Shown in pieces: positions 20,359 through 30,170 of a stretch of DNA of 64,000 bases (its first letter is position 1; each line of letters begins with the position of its first letter). Source of the DNA: an uncultured Nitrososphaerota archaeon. GTDB lineage: Archaea; Korarchaeota; Korarchaeia; Korarchaeales; Korarchaeaceae. The stretch spans positions 32,001-96,000 of the forward strand of contig CAZUBM010000001.1 of assembly GCA_964618805.1 (NCBI GenBank), written 5' to 3'. The notes under the pieces were generated by a model. It saw nothing but the letters and a program-made list of their open reading frames with translations. It was not told where the DNA came from and made no database searches. A program made the translations under genes and the position numbers.

Positions 20359-22088
20359 AGGTTAATGTAAGGGCATATCTCCTTACTAGATTCCTTCTTT
20401 CTTCCATTGTATACGTGGACAGAGCATGCAAGACATGGATCAAAGCTTCTAATCACCCTAACTACGTCTATTCCATCAAGTTCTTCGCCCTGCTCCGTTA
20501 TTGGTGTGTTAATTATTGCATCCTCATATGGGCCTGGCTTTCCGTCAATGTCTCTTGGAGATTCATTCCAAGTTGATGGTGTGATCACCTGATACCTGTA
20601 TATCTTTCCATTCTTCATTATGCACCAGTGCCCTAGTGCTCCCCTCATGGCCTCTGTAAGGCCTACACCAATCCCCTCTTTGGGTCTCTTGTACTCATTC
20701 CATATCTCTGTTTCACCCTTTTTAACCATCTCAAAGGCTGTGAGAAGTAATTTGTATGCCACATATGCGGAATATGCGTGATAATAAGCCCTAGCTCTTA
20801 TTCTCTCAACCGCATTAACAGCCTTTGGGATCTTCCATTCAAACGTTAACTCATCCGAGACCCTAAATCCAGCCACTGTGGCTTTTGGTAACGTAAACTT
20901 GACGCTATTTCCGGTCGATTCGTCTACCTTTTGAGCCTTTGCGGTGGTCCACATTCTTGATATGGGGCCTGCTTCAAGGACATGGGTCTTACCATCAACC
21001 CTCTTCTTCCAATCTTCCCACCTTGGTGAAGTCCCCCAAGAGTACCTTCCACTCCAATTCCTTGGCTTACCAGGTGCTGGTTTTGTCTCCTTGTTCCATG
21101 GATGCCAAACGGAGAGATCGCTTATTAATGGGTGCGCACGCGTGTGTTCCCACTCTTCGTAATATGAGTGGGCTACGAATTCCCTAACACCTAAGTTTAT
21201 CTCAGTTAAATCAGTTGTTATTAGATCACCATTAATGACTACGCCCGGAGATACCCTTCTCTTATCTCCCCACTTTGAGAGATCCTCGTACTTTCCAGTA
21301 TACGCATATGGATCATCGTAAGAGCCATAGCTTATCAGATTTGCATCCCTCTTTCCAGCTTCCTCATAACCCATCTCCAACACGAAGTTTAGTAGATCAT
21401 CGAATGCACTGACAAATTCCTTTGTAAACGCAATGTGTTGAGATAATATGGCTGAGAACATTTCAAGATCTGAGGGGGTTACTGTCTTTGCTACTCCTCC
21501 GGGAACAAACGAGTTTACGTGAGGATGTTTGCCCCCAAATAGTGCCGCCATTTTTCTACCCATCTTCGACATTTGCAAGCATCTAAGCCACAGGGTTCCT
21601 TTTAGAGGGGTCAGAGCACTCATTATGTCTGCAATTGTCCCATAACCGTGGAGATCTCTGTTCTCAGCCCTTGTATCCTTAGCTTTATCCCACCAATCTG
21701 GATTCAACTTCTTAACAACAGGTTCACTATAATCAGGCCCTTCTAATATTCCACAGCCCAGCAATGCGTCATATAGTTGCTCAGATATGTGAATGAAGTC
21801 CCTAATGGCTACTCCAAAGGGAGGCGGCGACACGTTGTAGGTCATATCTATACATTGAACTGAAGCCAAGCCATGAGGAGTTGGGCAAACTCCGCATATT
21901 CTCTGCGTTATCCATATGGCGTCTGCAGGCTCCCTGTTTTTCAATATTATCTCAAATCCTCTGAACATAACTGCATAACTGTGAGCATCAACATACTTCT
22001 TTTTAGTTAGATCTCCAACCGCATGTATCGCTAAATGCCCTTCAATCCTCGTAAAGGGCTCGATATAGATTTCCTTAGCCATAATCAT
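20355..22088 (-). CDS. [NiFe]-hydrogenase large subunit (group 1g/1h-like)
   Basis: TRIEGH, L1 motif QRICGVCPTPH, L2 motif FDPCLACSVH followed by a cleavable C-terminal tail. Confidence 0.96.
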   Translation of the reverse strand: MIMAKEIYIEPFTRIEGHLAIHAVGDLTKKKYVDAHSYAVMFRGFEIILKNREPADAIWITQRICGVCPTPHGLASVQCIDMTYNVSPPPFGVAIRDFIHISEQLYDALLGCGILEGPDYSEPVVKKLNPDWWDKAKDTRAENRDLHGYGTIADIMSALTPLKGTLWLRCLQMSKMGRKMAALFGGKHPHVNSFVPGGVAKTVTPSDLEMFSAILSQHIAFTKEFVSAFDDLLNFVLEMGYEEAGKRDANLISYGSYDDPYAYTGKYEDLSKWGDKRRVSPGVVINGDLITTDLTEINLGVREFVAHSYYEEWEHTRAHPLISDLSVWHPWNKETKPAPGKPRNWSGRYSWGTSPRWEDWKKRVDGKTHVLEAGPISRMWTTAKAQKVDESTGNSVKFTLPKATVAGFRVSDELTFEWKIPKAVNAVERIRARAYYHAYSAYVAYKLLLTAFEMVKKGETEIWNEYKRPKEGIGVGLTEAMRGALGHWCIMKNGKIYRYQVITPSTWNESPRDIDGKPGPYEDAIINTPITEQGEELDGIDVVRVIRSFDPCLACSVHVYNGRKKESSKEICPYINL

Positions 22089-23044
22089 ATCACCCTCGGT
22101 TTTAACCTATGAAGAACCACATATATCTTACCCTTTATGTCCTTAACTGCCTCCACAGCAAATATTCCAGGTGGAGCCTTCTTAAAGAACGGTGAAAACG
22201 GAGGATCTGGAAATTCAGGCTCGGTGCAGCCAATACAAATCGAGCCAATTGTTGGACAGCCGCCAAGCCCCTCAACGAACCCTCTCCTTGGAACATCGCA
22301 ATGTGCTATTGGTCCTTTACAACCAAGCAAGCCCATGCAGTAAGGCTCTCCGAATCTTTCAGAGAACTTTCCCTCCGCAAAAGTTCCAGCCCTTGGGCAA
22401 TTTTCATGAGCAGTCTTTTCGAATATGAACTTAGGTCTGTTATATTCATCGAGCTCAGGAATCGGCAATAGTCCTCTAGCAGTTAATACCAAGTGAGTTA
22501 AGGTTTCGGCAACATGCTCCCCTTGAGCTGGGCAGCCTGGCACGCAAATCACTGGAAGGTTCAGTTTGCTCCTCCAATCCCTTCCCAAAAAGTCGAGAAG
22601 TCCTCTTGCTCCAGTAGGGTTAGGAGTTCCGTGAGGTATCCCACCATAGCAAGCACATGTTCCCACCGCAACTGCTGCTGCGGCTAAAGGTGAAAGCTTT
22701 AGTATCCAATCGTTAATCGTCATGGGCTTTCCTTCATCCTCTCCAACTAAACACCAAAATCCGTCCATCTTCTTTGCTAGCTCTTCGTTTGGAATTGCTC
22801 CTTCAAGAACTAAGACAAATGGATCTAGCTCTCCTTTTGCAGCTGATCTTAATACATCGATAGCCTTCTCGCCATGAGGAAGCATGATAGTCTGGTGAAA
22901 AGCCAAGTTTATGTTTGCTGCTTGAGGGATGTAACCGGTCAACAGATCGGCGAGACTTGGGTGCGTTGCTCCAGTAAGAGAAACAGTACAACCAGTACAT
23001 CCTTGACCTTGTAACCATATAACGTTGATTTCTTTGGCAGACAA
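22085..23044 (-). CDS. [NiFe]-hydrogenase small subunit, no Tat signal
   Basis: WLQGQGCTGC, GTCACYGG, PGCP, HENCPR...CMGLLGCKGP...C...CPTIGSICIGC. Confidence 0.95.
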   Translation of the reverse strand: MSAKEINVIWLQGQGCTGCTVSLTGATHPSLADLLTGYIPQAANINLAFHQTIMLPHGEKAIDVLRSAAKGELDPFVLVLEGAIPNEELAKKMDGFWCLVGEDEGKPMTINDWILKLSPLAAAAVAVGTCACYGGIPHGTPNPTGARGLLDFLGRDWRSKLNLPVICVPGCPAQGEHVAETLTHLVLTARGLLPIPELDEYNRPKFIFEKTAHENCPRAGTFAEGKFSERFGEPYCMGLLGCKGPIAHCDVPRRGFVEGLGGCPTIGSICIGCTEPEFPDPPFSPFFKKAPPGIFAVEAVKDIKGKIYVVLHRLKPRVI

Positions 23045-23172
23045 CTCTGTTCCAGCGGGTAAACAAGCGATTAGTTAAATATTTTACCATTATTTAATTT
23101 GCAGCAGCTCTCAAAGTTAGTATAAGTGAACTCCCTCATATTCTCCTAACTCCTTTAACAGAATTAGGCACA

Positions 23173-23970
23173 TCATGTGCTTTCCATAAACCTTACAATA
23201 GCCTCAGCCAATCCAAAGAAGGCATCTCTTAACTCCTTTGAAACAAGATGTGGTGGATAACCATCAGCTATAGCCTTCTCTACCATAGGTTCTATGGGAA
23301 GACGAGCAAGCAAACGTATCTTAAATTCTCTAGCTAAATTCTCTCCAGTACCATACCCGAAAGGCCTTATCTCCTCCTCCCCACACTTGAAAAATGACAT
23401 GTTTTCTACCAACCCCAAAATCCGAATTCCTTCATCGATCAACAACTTAAGGCTCTTCCTAACAACCGAATAGGATAGTATTGATGGGGTAGTGACAATC
23501 AAAGCTCCAGCAGACTCCAAGCTCTTAATCACTCTAATCGTCCACAATGTTTCATCACCCGTGCCAGGAGGTAAATCTATGACCAAATAGTCGAGATTAT
23601 CCCAGTTCGTTAGAGCTGCTAGACTAGTTATCAGATCCATTTTGTCCTCTCCTTTAACTAGGACTGGGCTATCTCTTGTAAGAAGGCCGATAGACATTAT
23701 GTTGATACCATACTTCCTAACAGGCCTGAAACCTTTCTTATCTGCTCTTACCTCTTCCTTAAGGCCTAACATGAGTGGGATGGAAGATCCATGAATATCT
23801 AGGTCTAATAGACCCACACTATTTCCTCTCTCTGCTAGTGTTAAAGCTAAACAGAGGGAGACAAGGCTCTTTCCGACACCTCCTTTTCCAGCCGTCACTG
23901 CTACAATATTTCTGGCTCGAGAAAGTCTTCTTTTTGCTTCCTCTAGGAATATATCTAGCAGTTTATTCAA
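23173..23970 (-). CDS. Mrp/NBP35-family P-loop ATPase, probable ATPase-type HypB
   Basis: GKGGVGKS, DLDIHG, IDLPPGTGDE, VENMS; overlaps the hypA stop. Confidence 0.85.
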   Translation of the reverse strand: MNKLLDIFLEEAKRRLSRARNIVAVTAGKGGVGKSLVSLCLALTLAERGNSVGLLDLDIHGSSIPLMLGLKEEVRADKKGFRPVRKYGINIMSIGLLTRDSPVLVKGEDKMDLITSLAALTNWDNLDYLVIDLPPGTGDETLWTIRVIKSLESAGALIVTTPSILSYSVVRKSLKLLIDEGIRILGLVENMSFFKCGEEEIRPFGYGTGENLAREFKIRLLARLPIEPMVEKAIADGYPPHLVSKELRDAFFGLAEAIVRFMEST

Positions 23971-24404
23971 GTTCTTGTCACCACCCTGGAGATATACAGA
24001 CCCTTACCTGATGCTAAGTCAAAGTCCCTGCTCCCACATGATGGACATTTAAGTAAAGCTGGGGCTAAGTGAGGCAAGAAATGGAGCGGACTTTCCCTTG
24101 TGCCTAATGGCTCTTCGATCACACTAAATTCTTCTGCAAGTATCTTTTCAACAGTTTCTAAATCCCATTCTGCTCCACAAGCATTGCATTTGAACATTGC
24201 CTTCTCTTCCTTCAGAATTAACCTTGTTCCCTCTAAAGGGGTTCCCTTGCTAAGTTCTTCAAAGGCTGTCCTAAATACTAGGACTTCTAACTCCATTATC
24301 TCACCATAAGTAATTTCAACCTCGTCGAAAGCGGTGATGCTCTTTTCTTCAGCTAGTCTGATAAGAGAGTTGATGACTGCCTCAGCTAATGACCACTCGT
24401 GCAA
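23967..24404 (-). CDS. hypA: Hydrogenase nickel chaperone HypA
   Basis: (M)HEWSLA from TTG 24404, with CNAC and CPSC zinc ligands separated by a long insert. Confidence 0.94.
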   Translation of the reverse strand: MHEWSLAEAVINSLIRLAEEKSITAFDEVEITYGEIMELEVLVFRTAFEELSKGTPLEGTRLILKEEKAMFKCNACGAEWDLETVEKILAEEFSVIEEPLGTRESPLHFLPHLAPALLKCPSCGSRDFDLASGKGLYISRVVTRT

Positions 24405-24489
24405 CTTAACCCTGCCTCTGTCCAAGCTTTAGGTATTTATACTTTAAGCCCTTTATGGGAGTTGCAGGAGAGGTACAAATCTAAATATA

Positions 24490-25461
24490 TTGTTGAAAGT
24501 TGACCTAAGGGCGGTGATTAAAATTAGCGAAGGAAAGACAAAAATACTTTCTTTCTGGGGGAAAGGGGGCGTTGGAAAGACAACATGTGCAGCATCTGCC
24601 TCTGTTTACCTTGCCTCAAAGGGATACAGGGTTCTGATACTAACAAGCGATCCGACACCATCTCTTTCGGATATATTTGATGAGAAAATAGGTGCAAGAA
24701 CGAAAAAATTAGCACACGGATTAGAAGCAATCGAGCTAAACGAGGAAACTGTATTAAATATGTGGAAAAACAGGTTTGGAGACGAGGTATACAAAGTAGT
24801 TTCTTCTTTCTTTCCAGTAGATAGAGGAATATTAGATTACATTTCTGGAGCGCCAGGGATAGCGGATGAGTTCATATTAGCATACATCTTGGATCTTTAT
24901 GCGTCCAGTACCTATGACTACATCATTTGGGATGCTGCTCCAGCTGGAGGTTCTCTTAGACTTCTGAAGATAGAAGAAAAATTTTACAAACATTTGGGAG
25001 ACGCTTCTAAACTGTACTTGTCTCTTAAATCGACATTAGATAAAATAAGAAGGGCAGGAGGAAGAGATCCGCTGAAAATAATTGGAGAATGGAGAAAGTT
25101 AGCAGAAGATGTTTTGGATCTAATATCTTCGCCTCAGTTCTCAGTTTACATCGTGACCATACCTGAATGGCTTGGTTTCTCTCAGACACGAAGGATAGTC
25201 AATGAGTTAAGAGAATTCAACGTGAGGGTTCCTGCTTTAATAATAAACCAAGTAGCAGTTAGAGATTTATGTAACTGTGATCTATGGATGAAGAAGGTGA
25301 AAATACACGAGAAATACGTTAATATGTTGAAGGAAACATATGGTTCCAGCATGGAAGTAATAGTGGTTCCAGTGCAGTCTTATGAGATCAAAGGTGTAGA
25401 AGCGCTCATGAAATTCTCTAGAAATCTGAACACTCTGCTGGATAATGAGCTTAAAACTTAG
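24490..25461 (+). CDS. ArsA/GET3-family ATPase
   Basis: GKGGVGKTT, SDPTPSLSD, PGIADE, DAAPAG, IINQ. Confidence 0.9.
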   Translation: MLKVDLRAVIKISEGKTKILSFWGKGGVGKTTCAASASVYLASKGYRVLILTSDPTPSLSDIFDEKIGARTKKLAHGLEAIELNEETVLNMWKNRFGDEVYKVVSSFFPVDRGILDYISGAPGIADEFILAYILDLYASSTYDYIIWDAAPAGGSLRLLKIEEKFYKHLGDASKLYLSLKSTLDKIRRAGGRDPLKIIGEWRKLAEDVLDLISSPQFSVYIVTIPEWLGFSQTRRIVNELREFNVRVPALIINQVAVRDLCNCDLWMKKVKIHEKYVNMLKETYGSSMEVIVVPVQSYEIKGVEALMKFSRNLNTLLDNELKT

Positions 25462-25517
25462 CATTCGAAAACTCTTGTTCTTACTTCAAATGCTTCTTTA
25501 ATTCACTTTCCTACTTT

Positions 25518-26417
25518 TCAAAGCAAAGCCCCGAGTAAATATCCTATGCCCAGCAGAATTTGAGTAACTAAGACAATTGTAACATTTGCCCCAAGGGCAG
25601 GAATTAGCTTATCTCTTTCATTATAGTTCTCAATTGTGAGTTTAATTGACTTAGCTCCAATTGGGATTGTTAACAGGCCTAGTAAGGATGTTAATGGCAT
25701 TAAACCAACAGAGCTTGAACAAACAATCCAAAAATAAACAAAAATTGTGAGGATGGAGTAGATCCACCTGGCCTTTCTCCTTCCTAGTAAAATCACCAAG
25801 TTTTTCCTACCTACTTCTCTATCTGCTTCTAGATCGGGAAATTCATTGAGGAACAACAGATTAAAAACTAGAATTCCGGACGGGACAGCAGCAATAAATG
25901 CTTTCAAAGAGTAAAACTCCGTCTGAACTACATATGAACCAATTACGGGCAATAAGCCCAAGCCCATTCCAGCAGACAACTCTCCGAGTAACCACTTCGC
26001 TAGATGCGTCGTGTAGAAGAGGATGAAGATGGCCCCTAACACAATTATAGGGACCAAAAGCAGTTTAGTGATCATCAAGAAGATCAATCCTATAGCCGCG
26101 CCTAACGAAAAGCATATGATTCCGAAAAGATATGCCTTCTCCGGATCCAAAAGACCAGCTGGTAAAGTCCCACTTCCTCCGCTAAATGGAGTTTTTATCG
26201 TCTTGAAGTCGAGTCCACTTTTATAATCATAATACTCATTTAGCACGTTTACGCTCATGTGTAGGAATACTAAACCAACTAGCGCTAGGATAGCGCGAGG
26301 AATGCTGAGGAAACCATCATAATATGCCATCGCTGTACCCAAAAACACTAAAATTAGGGACAGTGGCAGGAAGTTAACCCTTGCCAAGGAAAACCATGCT
26401 TTTAACGTCTTTTTCAT
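25518..26417 (-). CDS. UbiA-superfamily prenyltransferase (MenA-like)
   Basis: NVLNEYYDYKSGLD and NEFPDLEADREVGRK motifs; multiple transmembrane segments. Confidence 0.88.
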   Translation of the reverse strand: MKKTLKAWFSLARVNFLPLSLILVFLGTAMAYYDGFLSIPRAILALVGLVFLHMSVNVLNEYYDYKSGLDFKTIKTPFSGGSGTLPAGLLDPEKAYLFGIICFSLGAAIGLIFLMITKLLLVPIIVLGAIFILFYTTHLAKWLLGELSAGMGLGLLPVIGSYVVQTEFYSLKAFIAAVPSGILVFNLLFLNEFPDLEADREVGRKNLVILLGRRKARWIYSILTIFVYFWIVCSSSVGLMPLTSLLGLLTIPIGAKSIKLTIENYNERDKLIPALGANVTIVLVTQILLGIGYLLGALL

Positions 26418-26496
26418 TTTATCCTCCTCAGAAAATGATTCTTCTTATAACGTTTTTTATTTTTTATTACTTAGATTATTCAATAAGCGATGTTTC

Positions 26497-27741
26497 ATGC
26501 CTATTGATCCTTTAAAGATAAGAGAAGACTTTCCTATTCTGAAAAGGAAGGTAAATGGACACCCTCTAATATATTTTGACAATGCTGCAAGCAGCCAGAA
26601 ACCAAAGCAGGTGATAGAGGCAATTACTGAGTTTTACGAAAATCATTACGCGAATATCCACAGAGGAGTTCATACATTGAGCCAGGAAGCTTCAGAAGCT
26701 TATGAGGAGGCTCATACCAAGGTAGCTAGGTTCATATCAGCATCTAGCCCAGAAGAGGTAATATTTGTTAGAAATACGACAGAAGCCATTAATTTAGTTG
26801 CATACTCGTGGGCCTTACGCCAGTTAAAGCCTGGAGATGAGATCTTGATAACGCTAATGGAACATCACAGCAACATAGTTCCTTGGGAAGTACTTTCAGG
26901 GCTGAAGAAGGTTCGGATAAAGTACGTAGGGATTACGAAAGAAGGAACCTTGGATTATTCTGATTTTGAAGGAAAACTATCTGAGAAAACGAAATTAGTT
27001 GCTATGGCTCATGTATCAAATGTTTTGGGGACCATTAATGATGTTAAGAGGATTTGCCGATTAGCTCATGAAGTAGGAGCTCTAACATTAGTAGATGGTG
27101 CTCAGTCTGTGCCTCACATGCCAGTTAGCGTAAAAGAAATAGATTGCGATTTTTTGGCTTTTTCAGGCCATAAAATGCTTGGACCAAGCGGTATAGGGGT
27201 TCTATATGCTAAAAGGGAAATTCTGGAGTCTATGGATCCCTTCTTAGGAGGTGGAGACATGATAAGAAAAGTTCACTTCGATATTCATGCAGGGAGGTGT
27301 AAGATAGACTGGAACGTTCTTCCATGGAAGTTTGAAGCAGGAACTCCCAACATAGAGGGAGGCATTGGTCTGGGGGCAGCTGTTGACTACCTCACATCCT
27401 TAGGAATGGAGGAAGTTAGGAGATATGAGGAGCAGCTAGTTTCCTATGCATTGGATAGAATGAATGAGCTGAAGAAGATCGAAATATACGGTCCTTCTGA
27501 CCCTAAAATGAGAGGCGGGGTGATATCCTTCAATTTAGATGAGATGAGTCCCCACGACATTGCTATGATACTAGATCAAAGTGGAATAGCCATAAGAAGC
27601 GGATTTCACTGCGCCGAACCCCTACATGAGATAATAGGAGCATCTAGCGGTAGTGCTAGGGCTAGTTTTTATATCTATAATACTATTTCAGAAATAGACG
27701 TTTTCATAAATAAGTTGAAGGAGATAGAGGCCATAACTTAA
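26497..27741 (+). CDS. sufS: Cysteine desulfurase, SufS type
   Basis: YFDNAASSQKP, EHHSN, SGHKM (PLP Lys), RSGFHCA (catalytic Cys). Confidence 0.95.
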   Translation: MPIDPLKIREDFPILKRKVNGHPLIYFDNAASSQKPKQVIEAITEFYENHYANIHRGVHTLSQEASEAYEEAHTKVARFISASSPEEVIFVRNTTEAINLVAYSWALRQLKPGDEILITLMEHHSNIVPWEVLSGLKKVRIKYVGITKEGTLDYSDFEGKLSEKTKLVAMAHVSNVLGTINDVKRICRLAHEVGALTLVDGAQSVPHMPVSVKEIDCDFLAFSGHKMLGPSGIGVLYAKREILESMDPFLGGGDMIRKVHFDIHAGRCKIDWNVLPWKFEAGTPNIEGGIGLGAAVDYLTSLGMEEVRRYEEQLVSYALDRMNELKKIEIYGPSDPKMRGGVISFNLDEMSPHDIAMILDQSGIAIRSGFHCAEPLHEIIGASSGSARASFYIYNTISEIDVFINKLKEIEAIT

Positions 27742-27781
27742 TTAATGGTAAATGAGAACATCGTAGACAGGAAAAGGTCGG

Positions 27782-28522
27782 ATGATATCTTATATTGAGG
27801 GAATTCCAATGACCGTTAAGATAGTTGCTTTCAACCTATTTCGCACCCTTCTAGAGAACGATAACACGATTAAAGAAGCGTACAAAAGAATGTTAGCTGA
27901 TGTAAAGCTTCCCAATGATGAGAACATGCTTAAGGATCTGATGATAGTTGAACAACTAAAGCAGATATCAGATGACTTTGAAAGGGAAGTCTGGTGGGAA
28001 GAATTCTTTAGATCAAGAGGATTAGAGCTTGACGAAGTAAAACTAAAGGAGATGAAGAGGATATTCTGGGCAAAAAGGCTTCAACTCTCTAGACCTGCAA
28101 AAGGTGTGCTCGAAACATTAAAAAAATTGAAACTAATTGGGCTTAGAACAACTGCAATATCTTGTGAGGATGCCGGAAAGATACTCATACGCTCGTTATT
28201 AGAGAGAACAGGTTTATTTGGGCTTTTAGATTCTATATTTTGTCTGAAAGGAAGATCAAATGAGCTAAGGGCCCTTGATTCCATAGTTAAGATGCATGGT
28301 GTCAAAAAAGATGAGATAGCCTATGTTGATGTTTACTTAGAAAGAGTAATTACTGCTAAAGCAAATGGATTTGTTGGCATTTGGTTAAGCGACAAAAAAG
28401 TCTTTGAGATAACATCTGTAAACTCAGTTAACTCGATAACAGAGCTTCCAAGTCTGCTATCCTCCATGAGGGCTGGACCTAGCTGGTTTCACCGAGGAAC
28501 TGCTTCTTCAACATTTTTCTGA
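27782..28522 (+). CDS. HAD-superfamily-like protein with degenerate catalytic motifs
   Basis: KIVAFNLFRTLL occupies the position of motif I (DxD); GVLETLKKLK and late YVD...AKANG match the HAD layout. Confidence 0.65.
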   Translation: MISYIEGIPMTVKIVAFNLFRTLLENDNTIKEAYKRMLADVKLPNDENMLKDLMIVEQLKQISDDFEREVWWEEFFRSRGLELDEVKLKEMKRIFWAKRLQLSRPAKGVLETLKKLKLIGLRTTAISCEDAGKILIRSLLERTGLFGLLDSIFCLKGRSNELRALDSIVKMHGVKKDEIAYVDVYLERVITAKANGFVGIWLSDKKVFEITSVNSVNSITELPSLLSSMRAGPSWFHRGTASSTFF

Positions 28523-28781
28523 ATTCTCTAGAGGAAAGAGAGAGCATTATAACGTCTTGAATGGATTTAATAATATTAACCCTCATTTCTACTGGTTTAA
28601 CACCTCTGAACCTCTTTTTTAGCCCAAATTCTTTAGCTATCTTATGAGAGGGCTTTAAGATAAGCCGAGTTAACTTCCATGAGTCTGTATCAACAAAAAT
28701 GTCCAAGACTTCTCCTATATTCTCTCCGTCTGATGTTAGTACATACATACCATAGATATCAGATACTTTCAATTCTATCAC
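28479..28781 (-). CDS. PRC-barrel domain protein
   Basis: SDIYGMYVLTSDGENIGEVLDIFVD. Confidence 0.85.
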   Translation of the reverse strand: MIELKVSDIYGMYVLTSDGENIGEVLDIFVDTDSWKLTRLILKPSHKIAKEFGLKKRFRGVKPVEMRVNIIKSIQDVIMLSLSSREFRKMLKKQFLGETS

Positions 28782-29617
28782 CTAGGAAAGCGAAACTCTA
28801 TCCTTGATAACGCATCTAATGCTGTCTTAATCAAACCCTCTTGAGAAGGCTTTAAGAACTGTATGCCCCCCTCCATCCCTTTAGGAGGAGATAGGACCAG
28901 AAATACTCCACCAACATATATCCTCTTTCTTTCTCCCCTACAAACCCATTTGGCATTATAGCTCGCTGCTAGTGCAGAAATGATGGAGAATTCCATCTCT
29001 GTGCACAGAACACCTAGTTTTTCTAAGAGTTCTAGGTTTTCTTGCGCTCTTGCTGGGAATGCTGAAAAAGAAGGATCCTCTATCTCATATAGGGCTTCTT
29101 TTGCGTGCGTAACTCCTACATGCAGATTTTTACCTAATTCATAACCATTTTGCTCCGCCGCTTTAACTAAGGCCATAACTACATCTGGATCCGCACAAAG
29201 CGGATATTTTGGACCAACTATTCTTTCAGAAACTCTTTCTTCAGCTATTGCTCCGGTAGTAACTACCAAATCTCCTGGTTTGACGAATCGCTGCAAGCTT
29301 CCGGATGTTCCAACTCTTAAAAGAACGGCATTTTCATGTTTATTAAAATCTATGCCTTCAATAACTTCTCTCACAACGATTGCTGCGGAAGAAGGGCCTA
29401 TTCCAGTATCGATGGCTGTAACAGGTTTCCCCTTATATGTTCCATTTATCATCAAGAATCTGCCATCTGAAATGACTTTTGGAGACTCAAGCTTCTCAGC
29501 TATTCGTCTAACTCTAACCCTAGACCCTGGTAGGAGTACATAGGGATTTACCTCACCAATCCTTGCCCCTATATGATGAAATCTCCCCTCTTCATCTCTA
29601 AAAACCATGATTGTCAC
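28778..29617 (-). CDS. Nucleoside (uridine) phosphorylase family protein
   Basis: LLPGSRVR, TGIGPSSAAIVVRE, LRVGTSGSL, TEME. Confidence 0.88.
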   Translation of the reverse strand: MTIMVFRDEEGRFHHIGARIGEVNPYVLLPGSRVRVRRIAEKLESPKVISDGRFLMINGTYKGKPVTAIDTGIGPSSAAIVVREVIEGIDFNKHENAVLLRVGTSGSLQRFVKPGDLVVTTGAIAEERVSERIVGPKYPLCADPDVVMALVKAAEQNGYELGKNLHVGVTHAKEALYEIEDPSFSAFPARAQENLELLEKLGVLCTEMEFSIISALAASYNAKWVCRGERKRIYVGGVFLVLSPPKGMEGGIQFLKPSQEGLIKTALDALSRIEFRFPR

Positions 29618-30170
29618 CCTTATCGTACAAAAGCCCTGGCTCTCTTTGTTCTACAAATAGGGAGGTAGTTCTTTCATCATAACCAACGCTTGCTGGAGAT
29701 GTTAGCCTATGAAACAGGATCTGAACAATTTTCATTCCAGGATAGAGCTTAACTGGAGAGGTATTCTCACAAAAGATTTCTAGGATCATTGGAACTGGTT
29801 TCTTAAGGCCTGACCCTGGATTAACTAGTCCAGCAGCATGTACGATAACTCCAAGTCTAGCAATACTGCTCCTTCCTTCTAAGACCGCAGCTAAGCTCTT
29901 TGAAATAGCTATTTTCTCCCTAGTACATCCTAATACAAATTGTCCTGGAGAAATAAGGAAAGGTTCTTCCCCTGTATCTATTAATTCTGCTCCTCTATCA
30001 ATGCTCTCAAGCGATTCGGGATCCACTATGGTTCCAGGTTTAAACAGTCTAAACTTACTAGAAAGTGTTAAATCTACAGAGCAGGGGCCTAACATACTCA
30101 TATCAAATGGGACAATCTTAATTTCACCCCTTTCCATGGCAGAAAGTATGTCACGATCTGATAGTATCAT
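29598..30170 (-). CDS. dcd: dCTP deaminase
   Basis: MILSDRDI, PCSVDLTL, EGRSSIARLG, LEI, PGMKIVQ. Confidence 0.9.
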   Translation of the reverse strand: MILSDRDILSAMERGEIKIVPFDMSMLGPCSVDLTLSSKFRLFKPGTIVDPESLESIDRGAELIDTGEEPFLISPGQFVLGCTREKIAISKSLAAVLEGRSSIARLGVIVHAAGLVNPGSGLKKPVPMILEIFCENTSPVKLYPGMKIVQILFHRLTSPASVGYDERTTSLFVEQREPGLLYDKGDNHGF

